Assembly: GCA_963823655.1 (NCBI GenBank)
Contig: CAWGMK010000013.1
Span: 128,001-192,000, forward strand
Reading direction: 5' to 3'
Source: an uncultured Bacillota bacterium
GTDB lineage: Bacteria; Bacillota; DTU025; MWDF01
Length of the DNA: 64,000 nucleotides
Shown in pieces: positions 20,240 through 30,279 of this stretch (its first letter is position 1; each line of letters opens with the position of its first letter). A model generated the notes under the pieces. The model ran no database searches. It saw nothing but the letters and a program-made list of their open reading frames with translations, and was not told the DNA's origin. The translations under genes and the position numbers were made by a program.

Positions 20240-21115
20240 TTGATAGATATTATTATGTGCCCTCTCAGTTACGGAGCCGATAAGGCAGGCTTAGAGCATG
20301 GACCGACGCAACTGATGGGGCGATTTCCGGAGCTTGCAAGCAGAATAAGATTCATTAGCGTGGCAAGGAAGCCGGAGAATTTCTCCTCTGCCAATTTGAA
20401 ATTCGTAAACACGATAGCCGCAACCTGCGAAATTGTTGCAGAAACCATAAGCTTCTCGATCGGCGAGGGCCACATCCCAATACTTCTGGGAGGGGACCAT
20501 GCGCTCGCCATGGGCAGCATAAAAGGCGCTTTGGACCATTACGAAAGGCTTGGCGTGCTCTGGGTTGATGCGCATGCCGACATGAACACGCACAAGACCA
20601 CTCACTCAGGGAACATCCACGGCATGCCTTTGGCCGCTGTTATGGGTTACGGACATTCCAAACTGGTCGATTTGCATAATGAGAAGCACATCGATTCATC
20701 TGATGTCGTTCTTTTCGGTAGCAGGGATGTAGAAGAAGGCGAAAAGAATCTTATCAAAAGGGCAGGCGTCAAGAACTACAGCTTCGATCAGATTATGTCT
20801 AAGGGTTTCGAAGAGTCTCTAGAAGATGCGCTCGATTACCTTTCCCAAAAGGTTTCACACCTTCATCTGTCACTTGACCTTGACAGCATTAACCCCGATA
20901 TTGTGATGGGAGTTTCGACTCCTGTTGAAGGCGGGTTTACAGTAAACCAGATTATTGATCTGATCAAGAAGGTGCTCGGCAGGTTCGAAGTCACTTCAGT
21001 TGACATCGTAGAGTATAACCCCTTGCACGATAGGGGAGAAGTAACATTAGATACAATGGTAATGCTCGTGAAAATTGTAGAGGGCCTTTTCGCTGATAAG
21101 TATGCCCTAAGATAA
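20240..21115 (+). CDS. rocF: arginase
   Basis: GGDH, DAHADMN, SGNIHGMP, SLDLD and VEYNP motifs. Confidence 0.9.
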   Translation: MIDIIMCPLSYGADKAGLEHGPTQLMGRFPELASRIRFISVARKPENFSSANLKFVNTIAATCEIVAETISFSIGEGHIPILLGGDHALAMGSIKGALDHYERLGVLWVDAHADMNTHKTTHSGNIHGMPLAAVMGYGHSKLVDLHNEKHIDSSDVVLFGSRDVEEGEKNLIKRAGVKNYSFDQIMSKGFEESLEDALDYLSQKVSHLHLSLDLDSINPDIVMGVSTPVEGGFTVNQIIDLIKKVLGRFEVTSVDIVEYNPLHDRGEVTLDTMVMLVKIVEGLFADKYALR

Positions 21116-21131
21116 GGGCATACTTACCCTT

Positions 21132-21689
21132 CTACCTGGCCCGTTCCAGCAAAGCTTCCATATCTTCCTTGCTCATCATGCCCACTTTATAGTCCATCAG
21201 TACGCCGTTCTTGAATACGAAAGTAGTAGGGTAACCCTCGATGTCGAATTTCTTTGCGGCCTCCCCGTCAAGGTCCAAAAGTACGGTCAGTCCTGTGAAT
21301 CCCTGCTTTTCGAGGTATGCTTTAACTACGGCTTCCTTTTCATTCACGTCAATTGCTACTACCTTGCCGATGCCCTCAGATCTCATCTGTCTGTCAATCT
21401 CGATCAGATCGGGCATCTCAAGTTCGCAATAACCGCACCAGGTTGCCCAAAAATTCAAGAAAAGTATCCCCTCCGAATAATCTGAGATCCTCTTTGTTGC
21501 TCCTCCTAGCTCTAGAAGGCGCATATCCAGATCCTGCAAGGTTACATCCTCCGTGGCATCCCCGGAGCTTGCAGCAGCATCGATCGGCGCGACAGTCTCT
21601 TTTCCGAAGTTGTTGTATGCAATGTATGCCGTAGCGGCGATAACGACGATTGCAAGCAATATGATTACTGACTTTTTCAAATGCAACAC
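21132..21689 (-). CDS. TlpA/ResA-family membrane-anchored thiol-disulfide oxidoreductase
   Basis: LNFWATWCGYC and YPTTF motifs; N-terminal TM segment. Confidence 0.9.
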   Translation of the reverse strand: MLHLKKSVIILLAIVVIAATAYIAYNNFGKETVAPIDAAASSGDATEDVTLQDLDMRLLELGGATKRISDYSEGILFLNFWATWCGYCELEMPDLIEIDRQMRSEGIGKVVAIDVNEKEAVVKAYLEKQGFTGLTVLLDLDGEAAKKFDIEGYPTTFVFKNGVLMDYKVGMMSKEDMEALLERAR

Positions 21690-21872
21690 CTCTTTCCGTT
21701 AATAATAGAATATCAGAGGCAGGGGCCAAGCAAAAGTGCCCGATAGCCGACCGTCCCCAGCATTATTTGGCCCTGTTGTTAATCTCAGTGATTAGGAGTT
21801 AAAGATTGAGTATCCGTAAAAACATAAATGGCCTGTTTTGAAGACGATTTAGTAACAGGAAATTGATAAGAT

Positions 21873-21903
21873 AAAAAGAGGAGGAGGGCAAAACCCTCCT
21901 CCG
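21873..21903 (-). terminator. intrinsic terminator of glnA
   Basis: On the minus strand GGAGGAGGG-ttttg-CCCTCCTCC followed by TCTTTTT. Confidence 0.8.
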
Positions 21904-21909
21904 TCGGCT

Positions 21910-23241
21910 CTAGAAATTCTGAAGGTAATTGTCGAGCTCCCATTGATGGACGATCTGCTTATAGGACTTCCATTCCTGTAAACGTCCGTTTCTGTACTTT
22001 GAGTAAATGAAATCCCCAAGCGCTTCACGTACCACATTATCGGCATCCATCTCAAGAAGGGCGTCTTTTAACGAGCCCGGAAGGTTCTCGATGCCTTCGC
22101 ATGCCCTCTCATCGTCTGACATGTGATAGAGGTTTTTGTTGCAGGGGGCAGCGGGCTTCAATGAATTGTTAACGCCGTCCATGCCCGATGCGATTATCGC
22201 TGCAAATGCCATATACGGATTGCAGGAAGGATCGGGGTTTCTTAGCTCAACTCTGGTGCTGGCGCCCCTGGCTGCGGGTATTCTAACCAGTACGGACCTG
22301 TTGGCAGTCGACCAGGCGATATAGACCGGAGCCTCAAATCCTGACACAAGTCGCTTGTACGAGTTTACCAGAGGATTTGTAATCGGCGTAAAGCCCTTTG
22401 CATGCTTTAGAAGCCCGGCTACGAAGCTGCGGGCTATGTCGGAAAGAAGGAACTCGCCGTTCGGATCGTAGAAGAGGTTCTCGCCGTCTTTTGAAAGTGA
22501 CATGTTGCAGTGCATTCCCGAGCCGGCAATGCCATATATGGGCTTTGGCATGAAGGTGGCGTGCATCCCGTGCTTCTTCGCTATCTGCTTGGTCACCATC
22601 TTCAGCGTTACGACGCGATCGGCCGCGGTTAGGGCATCTGTGTATTTGAAGTCGACCTCATGCTGGGAAGGGCCGCATTCATGATGTGCCAGCTCGATTT
22701 TGAAGCCCATCTCCTCAAGGGTGAGGACGATATCGCGGCGCACTTCATCCGTGTAGTCGGAAGGGGTAAGGTCGAAATAGCCCGAAAGGTCAACGGGCTG
22801 AGTAGTCGCCCTTCCCATTGCGTCAGACTTAAACAGGTAGAATTCGCACTCAGGACCTACATTAACCCTGTAGCCCTGGTTTGCGGCCTTTTCCATCTGC
22901 CTTTTTAGCGCAAGCCTGGGATCTCCTTCGAAGGGCTCGCCGGTCTTGGTGTAAATGTCGCAGATTATCCTGGCCACGGTTACTTCTCCGTTGCTCCAGG
23001 GGAGAAGGAGGAATGTGTTAAGGTCGGGGCGGAGATTCATGTCGGACTCCTCAATCCTGGCGAACCCCTCGATAGAAGAACCGTCGAACATTATCTGGCC
23101 ATCTAGCACCTTGCTGAGCTGGCTGATCGGAACCTCGACATTCTTCATCGTACCCATCATGTCCATGAATTGCAGCCTGATGAATTTGACGTACTTTTCC
23201 TTGCAAAGCTTCTCGATATCGCTTCTGTCATAGCTTGGCAT
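21910..23241 (-). CDS. glnA: glutamine synthetase type I
   Basis: FDGSSIEGF, HHE...QHE, ATFMPKP, GSGMH and ELRNPD motifs. Confidence 0.97.
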   Translation of the reverse strand: MPSYDRSDIEKLCKEKYVKFIRLQFMDMMGTMKNVEVPISQLSKVLDGQIMFDGSSIEGFARIEESDMNLRPDLNTFLLLPWSNGEVTVARIICDIYTKTGEPFEGDPRLALKRQMEKAANQGYRVNVGPECEFYLFKSDAMGRATTQPVDLSGYFDLTPSDYTDEVRRDIVLTLEEMGFKIELAHHECGPSQHEVDFKYTDALTAADRVVTLKMVTKQIAKKHGMHATFMPKPIYGIAGSGMHCNMSLSKDGENLFYDPNGEFLLSDIARSFVAGLLKHAKGFTPITNPLVNSYKRLVSGFEAPVYIAWSTANRSVLVRIPAARGASTRVELRNPDPSCNPYMAFAAIIASGMDGVNNSLKPAAPCNKNLYHMSDDERACEGIENLPGSLKDALLEMDADNVVREALGDFIYSKYRNGRLQEWKSYKQIVHQWELDNYLQNF

Positions 23242-23297
23242 TTCCACCCCTCCTTTTCGCATTTCGTAATGAACGACCTGCTTAAATAAACGATAAA

Positions 23298-23326
23298 ATA
23301 CTAATACAAAAGGGCCCGTGTGTCAA
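23298..23326 (-). promoter_or_regulatory. sigma-A-type promoter of glnA
   Basis: TTGACA-17 nt-TAGTAT on the minus strand. Confidence 0.65.
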
Positions 23327-23501
23327 TAAATATTCCGATTATGCATGCGCTATTTTGCGCATAGCTTGTATTGCAGCATCTATCAATAAGGCAGATATCC
23401 AAATTGAGCCAGATTATGCATTCAATATGAACCGACTTGCAGCACAATGATACTTATCGGCGCAATTTGTGGTATTTTTATCTTATATAGCAGAGCAGGT
23501 G

Positions 23502-23780
23502 ATGGATGTGACAGCGGAAGACGGCAAGCAGGCAGCCAAAAAAGTAACCGTGCCGGTGAAGATAATGGGCGAAAGCTTCCTTATTACCGGCTCTCAAGAG
23601 GAGAAATTTGTTATCTCATTGGCAAAAGAGCTTGACTGCAGGCTGATGGATGCGCGAAAGAGTATGAGCGGGGCATCGTCCAACAGGGTTGCCATTTCGC
23701 TTGCACTTGAACTCCTTGCCGAGATAAGGTCGGAGAAGAAGAAATCCGAGGAGCTTCTCGAGGCTTTTGAGCGCAGCTGA
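23502..23780 (+). CDS. zapA: cell division protein ZapA
   Basis: V.VKIMGE.F pattern followed by helices; zapA-cvpA-mutS2 synteny. Confidence 0.8.
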   Translation: MDVTAEDGKQAAKKVTVPVKIMGESFLITGSQEEKFVISLAKELDCRLMDARKSMSGASSNRVAISLALELLAEIRSEKKKSEELLEAFERS

Positions 23781-23798
23781 TTACCTTGGAGGTGTGAT

Positions 23799-24332
23799 AT
23801 GCAGAGTTTCGACTGGTTAAGTATCGTTATGACGGCGTTCTTGGTAATTTCCCTGCTTAGCGGATTAAGGCGCGGATTCTTCAGGCAGATAGCGGATATT
23901 GCCGGCATTGTCTTAGGCTTTCTGCTGGCTTCGAAGTTCTATGTTCAGGCGGGCCAATGGTTGTCCGGATTTATTGGACAGCTAAATGAACAGGTGCTTT
24001 ATGTCATTGGATTCATTGCCGTCTTCGCGGTGACCCTGCTTGTCATGGAGATAGCAGGCTTCATTCTTTCGAAAGTATTCGCGCTTCCCGGACTTAACAT
24101 CATAAACGGCCTGGCCGGAGCGGTCATCGGGTTGGTAATGGGAGCCGCATTCTTCGGGATAGTGCTTTCGCTGGTTATGGCACTTGAATATCCTGCGGTC
24201 AACTCGGCTATAGAAGCCTCCATTGTGCCGCATTTCCTAGTCACCGGCATCAGCTGGGCGTATGAGAAGATCGGTTTCGCAATACCACAGCTGGATAACG
24301 CAATTCCTCTGTTCAAAGGCTTCAAGCCCTGA
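23799..24332 (+). CDS. cvpA: CvpA family membrane protein
   Basis: GLRRGFFRQ and 'IN.LAGAVIG' motifs; four TM segments. Confidence 0.88.
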   Translation: MQSFDWLSIVMTAFLVISLLSGLRRGFFRQIADIAGIVLGFLLASKFYVQAGQWLSGFIGQLNEQVLYVIGFIAVFAVTLLVMEIAGFILSKVFALPGLNIINGLAGAVIGLVMGAAFFGIVLSLVMALEYPAVNSAIEASIVPHFLVTGISWAYEKIGFAIPQLDNAIPLFKGFKP

Positions 24333-24381
24333 CAATCAGCACTTATACGGCCTTCAAGGAGGTCGTTCTCCTTATTAAGCC

Positions 24382-26766
24382 ATGGGGGATAATAGTTTGG
24401 ACGCAAGGACATTAAGAGTACTTGAATGGAGCAAGGTTCTGGCGGAATTGGCCGAATGCTGTGCCACGGAGCTGGGGCGCAGCCATGTGGGTGAACTGCT
24501 TCCGTTTACCGATAGGTTACTAGCCCTTGAAGCGCTTAAGGAGACCTCATGCGCGAGGTCATTTTTGGATTCCAGCCGGCAGGTGCTCTTCGGAGGGGTT
24601 AAGGATGTAAGGTCAACGGCAGTGAAAGCCGATAAGGGCCTGATCCTATCCGGTATGGAGCTTGCGGATATCCATGGGCTCATAAGCAGGGCAAGGGCAG
24701 TCAAGAGGCAGTTTACGGCTTTGGAGGACCAGTTTGAAGCTTTAAAGAATCTGGTTTGGAACATCAGGGAGCACAAGGAGCTGGAAAACGAGCTTGCCAT
24801 AAGCATAGGCTCCGGCGGGGAAGTGCTGGACAGCGCAAGCTCTGAGCTTGCAAAGCTTAGGTCCAGGATTACCTCTCTGAACTCAAGGCTGAGAGATAAG
24901 CTGGATGATCTTGTGAGAAGGCCGGAGATTGCAAAATACTTGCAGGAACCCATAGTATCGCTTCGAGGAGGCAGGTTCGTAGTCCCGGTAAGGGCTGAGT
25001 TCAAGAACCAGATAAAAGGAATAATCCACGACCAAAGTGCCTCTGGGGCAACTTTGTTCATAGAGCCTCTTTCCATAGTGGAAGCCAATAACGACCTCAG
25101 GGAGGCGGAAGCCAAGGAAGAGGCCGAGGTCGAAAAGGTATTGGCCAGGCTGTCAGGCCTTGTAGGAGACGCCGCCGACGATATTACGCTTATGGTAGAC
25201 AGCCTTGGAAGATTGGACTACGCCCTTGCGAAGGGGAAATACTCACAGATTAAGGAAGCAACGGCCCCGGTCTTTGCAGATGAGATGCGCTTCCGTTTCG
25301 AAGCGGCAAGGCATCCTCTTCTTAAAGGAGAAGTCGTACCAATAGATACTTATCTGGGAGAAGGGTTCAGGGCGCTTGTCATCACCGGCCCGAATACCGG
25401 AGGAAAGACAGTTGCCCTAAAGACGATGGGGCTGCTGCAGCTGATGGCGCAAGCAGGACTGCATATCCCTGCCGAAGCCGGAAGCACTGCTGCCGTGTTC
25501 GGCTCCATTTATGCTGACATCGGCGACGAACAGAGCATAGAGCAGTCGCTTTCCACATTTTCAGGACATTTGAGAAATATCGTGGACATCCTTTCGAAGG
25601 CCGATGAGAATTCGCTTGTACTTCTTGACGAGCTGGGAGCGGGCACAGATCCGGAAGAAGGTGCAGCCCTGGCAATGGCGATACTTGAAAGGCTGTTCGC
25701 CCTCGGCTCCGCAACGGTTTCGACCACACACTATAAGGAGTTGAAGGTGTTCGCGCACTTGAACGCCGGGATGCGAAACGCTTCCGTGGAGTTCGATGTG
25801 GAGAGCCTGAAGCCAACTTACAGGCTGATGATAGGCATTCCGGGTTCATCGAACGCTTTCGCCATTGCAGAACGGCTCGGCCTGGACTCGGACCTGATAA
25901 TCAAGGCAAAAAGCCTTGTGGGCAGCGGAGACAGGAAAGTCGAGGACATGATAAACAGCCTCAGGACTGAATATGAGTCAGCTTCTTCCGCCAGGAGGGA
26001 TGCGGAGATTCTGAAAAGGCGCGCCGAGGAGAGCAGCCGCAAACTTGCGGAGGAACTGTCAAAGTTCAAATCGGACAGGGCAGATGCACTTATAAAGGCG
26101 AAGGCTGAGGCCAGGGATCTAGTATCATTCGTCCGCAAGGAAGTGGAGAAGACCATAAACGAGCTGAAGCAGAACGGACTTGCAGCGGCCGCGGACTCCG
26201 CGCGCGAGGCAAGGAAAGCGGTCGAAGCATTAAGGGGAATAGTAGACGAGGCCGAAGGATCCGAAGCGGAGCCGGAGGAGTCTATAAAGGATGAATTCGC
26301 CACACCGCTGGCGCCAGGCGACGACATCGAGGTGCTTCCTTCAGGACTTGCAGGCACATTGCTTGAGATTGCAGGCAATAGGGCGAAGGTAGCAGTTGGC
26401 TCGATAAGAACAGAATTGCCCCTTTCCAGAATTAGAAGAGCAAGGGCCAAGAAGAAGGAAACACGAACCTTGCCTGAGGCAACAAGGCAGTCCGAAATCG
26501 GAAGGCAGATGGCCCAGAACATTTCAGTTGAACTGGATTTGCGGGGGATGAAAGTAGACGAGGCTTTCGAATCCCTGGATAAAAGGATGGACGACGCAAT
26601 TCTGGCGGGTATTCCCATGCTGAGGATAATCCATGGAAAAGGCACGGGCGCTCTAAGAGCCGCTGTACGCGACAGACTAACGGGAAACGGCAATATAGAG
26701 TCCTTCAGGCTGGGAGCCGAAGGCGAGGGCGGAGACGGCGTTACAATCGTGAAGTTCAGGCAGTAG
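24382..26766 (+). CDS. mutS2: endonuclease MutS2
   Basis: ITGPNTGGKT, QSLSTFS and LDELGAGTDP motifs; C-terminal Smr domain (LDLRG...IIHGKGTG). Confidence 0.97.
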   Translation: MGDNSLDARTLRVLEWSKVLAELAECCATELGRSHVGELLPFTDRLLALEALKETSCARSFLDSSRQVLFGGVKDVRSTAVKADKGLILSGMELADIHGLISRARAVKRQFTALEDQFEALKNLVWNIREHKELENELAISIGSGGEVLDSASSELAKLRSRITSLNSRLRDKLDDLVRRPEIAKYLQEPIVSLRGGRFVVPVRAEFKNQIKGIIHDQSASGATLFIEPLSIVEANNDLREAEAKEEAEVEKVLARLSGLVGDAADDITLMVDSLGRLDYALAKGKYSQIKEATAPVFADEMRFRFEAARHPLLKGEVVPIDTYLGEGFRALVITGPNTGGKTVALKTMGLLQLMAQAGLHIPAEAGSTAAVFGSIYADIGDEQSIEQSLSTFSGHLRNIVDILSKADENSLVLLDELGAGTDPEEGAALAMAILERLFALGSATVSTTHYKELKVFAHLNAGMRNASVEFDVESLKPTYRLMIGIPGSSNAFAIAERLGLDSDLIIKAKSLVGSGDRKVEDMINSLRTEYESASSARRDAEILKRRAEESSRKLAEELSKFKSDRADALIKAKAEARDLVSFVRKEVEKTINELKQNGLAAAADSAREARKAVEALRGIVDEAEGSEAEPEESIKDEFATPLAPGDDIEVLPSGLAGTLLEIAGNRAKVAVGSIRTELPLSRIRRARAKKKETRTLPEATRQSEIGRQMAQNISVELDLRGMKVDEAFESLDKRMDDAILAGIPMLRIIHGKGTGALRAAVRDRLTGNGNIESFRLGAEGEGGDGVTIVKFRQ

Positions 26767-26774
26767 GAGGCCGG

Positions 26775-27578
26775 ATGAAGCAGGATATACCTTTAAAGCA
26801 GAAGAGGTTGTTCCTCTTGGATATGGACGGTACGGTGTATCTCGGGAATCAGATATTCCCGGGCACGAAGCCATTCCTGGATGCAGTGAAGAGCAACGGC
26901 GCCAAGTACATATTCCTTACCAACAATTCCTCTAGAAGCAGCCAGGATTATGTAGCGAAACTGAATCGGCTAGGCATACCGACCGAAAGGCATGAAGTGT
27001 TCACATCTGTGGAAGCATCGGCAATCTACCTAAAGGAAAACCATCCAGGTAAGAGGGTGTATGCATCCGGTACGCGTGCAATGGTTAAAGAACTTGTGGA
27101 ACTTGGCATTGACGCGGTCGGCGATCCAAGGGGCGGGGAAAGCATAGTGCTGCAGGGTTTCGATACAGAGCTCGAATATAAGAAGGTTGAGAATGCATGC
27201 AGGCTGATTGACGCCGGAGCGCTGTTTCTTGCCTGCAACATAGATAAAGTCTGCCCTGTAGAGGATGGGTATATACCGGACTGCGGCTCGATTTGCGAGA
27301 TGATTACATCCGCGACAGGAAAGAGAGCTATCTTCATTGGTAAGCCTGAGGCAAGCATGATATCAGGTCTGCTAAATAGGTCCAAAACAGCTCCAGAAGA
27401 TGCTGTTATGGTCGGAGACAGGCTATACACTGATATCGCCTGCGGAATTAATGCCGGCATAGATACTGTGCTCGTCTTGTCAGGGGAGACCAGGCTGTCT
27501 GATCTAAATGGCTCAGGCTTGGAACCGACTTATGTTATGCGAGATGTAGGCGAGCTCGCAGTGGCGATCAGGAGATAA
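26775..27578 (+). CDS. HAD-IIA family phosphatase (NagD-like)
   Basis: DMDGT, LTNNS, GKP and GDRLYTDI motifs. Confidence 0.92.
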   Translation: MKQDIPLKQKRLFLLDMDGTVYLGNQIFPGTKPFLDAVKSNGAKYIFLTNNSSRSSQDYVAKLNRLGIPTERHEVFTSVEASAIYLKENHPGKRVYASGTRAMVKELVELGIDAVGDPRGGESIVLQGFDTELEYKKVENACRLIDAGALFLACNIDKVCPVEDGYIPDCGSICEMITSATGKRAIFIGKPEASMISGLLNRSKTAPEDAVMVGDRLYTDIACGINAGIDTVLVLSGETRLSDLNGSGLEPTYVMRDVGELAVAIRR

Positions 27579-27587
27579 GAAGTGGCA

Positions 27588-27629
27588 GAAGAAAGTACGG
27601 GGCTGCTATAACAGCCCCGTACTTTCTTC
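27588..27629. terminator. probable bidirectional terminator between convergent genes
   Basis: Perfect 18-bp inverted repeat GAAGAAAGTACGGGGCTG / CAGCCCCGTACTTTCTTC. Confidence 0.8.
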
Positions 27630-27648
27630 ATGTATTTGTAATGATGGC

Positions 27649-29862
27649 CTAATGTATATCGCAGTATGTTGATTCTACCTGTTTGGAGTAGTTGGGGCTC
27701 CCGTCGTCATTGGCTTCATAGTAAAGATCGGCGGCCTTAACATATCTGTAAATGGCAACTGAAGAGTCAGGGCAGCTGTCCTTCGCGAACTTGCCGGATT
27801 CGGTACAGACCCTGACAAGGACAACTTCGGGTTTGGGAGCATGCACATTGCATGGATCCTTAGGTTCAGTGCCCTTGATGAAAACTTCGTTAATGACCTT
27901 CATCGCAGGGCACGAAGTCGTGGGTACAAGCCCGCTAGTTGCACAAATCTTGAAGCCTGTTATAACGCCATCCGGTACCTTGAATTTGGTTATGGGCTTG
28001 TCGGCGTAAACCTGTTTCATGAAGCCAGCCCAAACCCTGACGCAATAGTTGCTGCCAACCCGGCCAATAACGGGATATATCAAGGGCTTAACGGTATCCT
28101 CTCCTATCCAGCAGGCGGCGACGATTTCAGGGGTGTAGCCTATGAACCAGACATCGGTATCATTGTCGCCAGTGCCGGTTTTTCCGGCCGCGGGCCTTCC
28201 GATATAGCCTATCTTAGCAGTCCCTGTGGGGCTTCCGATTACAGATTCAAGCATGTTAGTCATTACATAGCTGATATTCTCGTCAAGTACTACTTCCTTA
28301 TCAGGGGACGCTTTCTCCAATAGCCTGCCATCGGGCCCTTTTATCTCCTGTATGAAGTAGGGTTCGACTTTGATGCCCCTGTTCGCCAGGATGCCGTAGG
28401 CTGCGCACATCTCAAGCGGGATGACGCCCTTTGTCTGGCCTCCAAGGGTGAGGGCAAGTCCGATGTCATTAACGCTGCCTGTTGTTACGAGGCTCGTGAT
28501 GCCCATTTTACGCGCCAGTTCAATGGCTTTAATCGGTGTCATCTGGTCAAGCAGCTGAACTGCTATAGTGTTCTTGGACTGGGCTAATGCCTCTCTTAGC
28601 CTCATAGGGCCGTCGAATAGCATGTTCCAGTTGTTAGGGGCGTAGTCTTTTCCGCCCGGTATCTTATAAACGATCTTCTTATCTTCGAGGATCGATGCCG
28701 GTGTATATCCAGATTTTAGTGCTTCCAGATATACGAAAACCTTGAAAGTTGAGCCTGAAGAACGAGTAGCCTTAAGAGCCCTGTTGTATTCATCCTCTCC
28801 ACGACCTCCTACTAAGGCGAGTATTTCGCCCGTCCTTGGGTCGATGGCTGTGAATGCGTACTGAGGGTAGCTTATCGAAATCTCGCCGTTCTTGACGGTC
28901 TTTGCGATGGGGACTTTCGCGACCAGCTCGCTTTCCGCAATCCTTTGATACTTGAGATCGAAGGTGGTCTTAACCGTAAGTCCGCCTTCATAAAGCATCT
29001 CAGAGCCATATTTCTCAAGAAGGTAGTCTCTTACCATAAAGGCAGGGTAAGAGGCTGACTGGGCGCTCTTAGACAGGCCTGCAAGCTTTACTTCCTCTTT
29101 CTTTGCGGCTTCTGCCTGCTCCGAAGTTATATAGTCCATCTTCGCCATCTCGCTAAGAATCAGGTTTCTTCTGCTTATCGCATTCTCCAGATTTCTATAA
29201 GGGCTGTATACAAGCCATCCTTTTGGTACGCCCGCCAGCAAAGCGGCTTCGGCAAGCGTTAGTTTCTCGATTGGCTTCCCGAAAAAAAGCTGTGAAGCTG
29301 CCTCGACGCCATAACACCCATGCCCGAAATATATGGCGTTCATATAGAATTCAAGGATCTCGTCTTTTGTATATCGCCTTTCAAGCTGGAAGGCGTAGAA
29401 AACCTCCCAGATCTTCCTGCTTAAAGTCTTCTCATGGGATAAGAACACATTGCGGGCGAGCTGCACCGTAATCGTGCTGCCGCCCTGTTCGGTAGTCTGA
29501 TTGGCGATATCGTACAGAAGGGCTCCGAAGATCCTTGTGACATTGATCCCTTTGTGGGTGTAGAAGCTGTGGTCTTCAATGGCAATTACCGCATCGATAA
29601 GAAATTGCGGCATATCGGAAAGCTTCCTGACGGCGCGGTTTTCGATTAGGAACTTCGTAATCACCTCGCCGTTCCTGTCATAAACAATGGACGGAAGGGC
29701 ATGTTTGACTTCAACATCCTCTACGCTAGGTGCGTTCTTAAGGTAATCGGCCAGCAGAACTGCAGTGGCGCCGGCTACTATTAACGCAAGCACAATACCG
29801 GCTACAGCAAGCCACGTAAGTAACCTCACCCATGAAAAACCGCTCTTTTTATTCCGAGACAT
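27649..29862 (-). CDS. class A penicillin-binding protein (PBP1A family)
   Basis: Transglycosylase EDHSFY and GGSTITVQL; transpeptidase STFK, SKN and KTG motifs. Confidence 0.95.
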   Translation of the reverse strand: MSRNKKSGFSWVRLLTWLAVAGIVLALIVAGATAVLLADYLKNAPSVEDVEVKHALPSIVYDRNGEVITKFLIENRAVRKLSDMPQFLIDAVIAIEDHSFYTHKGINVTRIFGALLYDIANQTTEQGGSTITVQLARNVFLSHEKTLSRKIWEVFYAFQLERRYTKDEILEFYMNAIYFGHGCYGVEAASQLFFGKPIEKLTLAEAALLAGVPKGWLVYSPYRNLENAISRRNLILSEMAKMDYITSEQAEAAKKEEVKLAGLSKSAQSASYPAFMVRDYLLEKYGSEMLYEGGLTVKTTFDLKYQRIAESELVAKVPIAKTVKNGEISISYPQYAFTAIDPRTGEILALVGGRGEDEYNRALKATRSSGSTFKVFVYLEALKSGYTPASILEDKKIVYKIPGGKDYAPNNWNMLFDGPMRLREALAQSKNTIAVQLLDQMTPIKAIELARKMGITSLVTTGSVNDIGLALTLGGQTKGVIPLEMCAAYGILANRGIKVEPYFIQEIKGPDGRLLEKASPDKEVVLDENISYVMTNMLESVIGSPTGTAKIGYIGRPAAGKTGTGDNDTDVWFIGYTPEIVAACWIGEDTVKPLIYPVIGRVGSNYCVRVWAGFMKQVYADKPITKFKVPDGVITGFKICATSGLVPTTSCPAMKVINEVFIKGTEPKDPCNVHAPKPEVVLVRVCTESGKFAKDSCPDSSVAIYRYVKAADLYYEANDDGSPNYSKQVESTYCDIH

Positions 29863-30279
29863 GGAAGACCTCCGAAGCGCCATAATACGCATATATTGAA
29901 ATTATACACTATATAAGAACTGCCTTACCTGTTACAAGGTTCCATAAAGAACCTGTAAACTTGTGGGCAGGGGCGCATAATGAAACACAACACGGCATTT
30001 CTTGAGGCAAGGCTAGTCTGATGATAATATTAAAAAAGTGCTGTCTTCATTACTAAGGAAGAAAGAAGTATGCTTGCTATAGTAAATGTTGAGCATTATT
30101 ACGACTTTCTTGATAAGGGATGAGAAGAGCCTGGCAGAAGCGGCACAATCACAATATTATAAAGCCCTGGAACTTGGCGAGGACCAGATTTGAAGGGAAA
30201 ATTAGAAACCATATTTAGCGCATGAGCTTTAGATAAGTTGTCAGTATTCGCGGCAAAGCCGCATATGGGGGTGTAAATC

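Noticed and set aside
21720-21775. Hairpin containing GCCGACCGTC, reminiscent of a ZTP riboswitch 3' segment
   Set aside because: The 5' ZTP motifs are missing, the orientation is wrong for the adjacent gene, and the stem is short.
24375-26693. Long antisense ORFs over mutS2 (246 and 291 aa)
   Set aside because: Ser/Ala-rich shadows that arise from codon bias on the sense strand.
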